A stretch of 63,236 nucleotides of DNA, the filler included, from Octopus bimaculoides (lineage: Eukaryota), in NCBI RefSeq assembly GCF_001194135.2. It is 4 parts of 4 records of this genome, joined end to end, with 100 filler letters (N's around TTAATTAATTAA, not from the genome) between each part and the next. Parts side by side here need not be neighbours in the genome. Positions count along the whole stretch, not along the records: positions 53,991 to 63,236 come from NC_069007.1; 3 more parts are not named here. One strand, 5' to 3'. The notes below the pieces were generated by a model, which was not told where the DNA came from, made no database searches, and saw nothing but the letters and a program-made list of their open reading frames with translations. The translations under genes were made by a program, and so were the position numbers. Of this stretch, positions 62,887 through 63,236 are shown piece after piece (position 1 is the stretch's first letter; each line of letters begins with the position of its first letter).

Positions 62887-63236
62887 GGAGTGGCTGTGTG
62901 GTAAGTAGCTTGCTTACCAACCACATGGCTCCGAGTTCATTCCCACTGCGTGGCACCTTGGGCAAGTGTTTTCTACTATAGCCTCGGGCCGACCAAAGTC
63001 TTGTGAGTGGATTTGGTAGAAGGAAACTGAAAGAAGCCCGTTGTATATGTGTATATATATGTGTGTGTTTGTGTTTGTGTCTGTGTTTGTCCCCCCAACA
63101 TCGCTTGACAACCGATGCTGGTGTGTTTACGTCCCCCGTAACTTAGTGGTTCGGCAAAAAGAGACCGATAGAATAAGTACTAGGCTTCCAAAGAATAAGT
63201 CCTGGGGTTGATTTGCTCGACTAAAGGCGGTGCTCC
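62887..63236 (+). mobile_element. SINE family B, cut by the window end
   Basis: Same as 62064-62464. Confidence 0.95.

Overview
AT-rich, repeat-saturated animal genomic DNA from a gapped short-read scaffold. The SINE families and microsatellite load point to an octopus (coleoid cephalopod); that is my recognition, not a database result. No intact protein-coding gene, tRNA, rRNA or CRISPR array is supported, and nearly all long ORFs in the track are microsatellite or N-gap artefacts. The window is intronic or intergenic. It holds at least five tRNA-headed SINE families, decayed autonomous elements (R4/Dong-type LINE, two different Penelope-like RT fragments, an internally deleted mariner, an internally deleted Helitron) and several MITE/HINE-type elements. 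The most interesting signal is a set of minimal type I hammerhead-ribozyme motifs with a palindromic ACGU stem III, of the kind known from Penelope-like elements. They occur in two unrelated short repeat families, one of which is a tRNA-headed SINE present as a head-to-head pair. Also notable are a ~1 kb imperfect genomic palindrome (26016-27057), a perfect 24-bp hairpin beside a Penelope fragment, three 260-350 bp tandem duplications of different ages, multi-level TE nests, and a few weak splice-site or exon candidates. Family labels A, B, C, D, F and G are my own working names.
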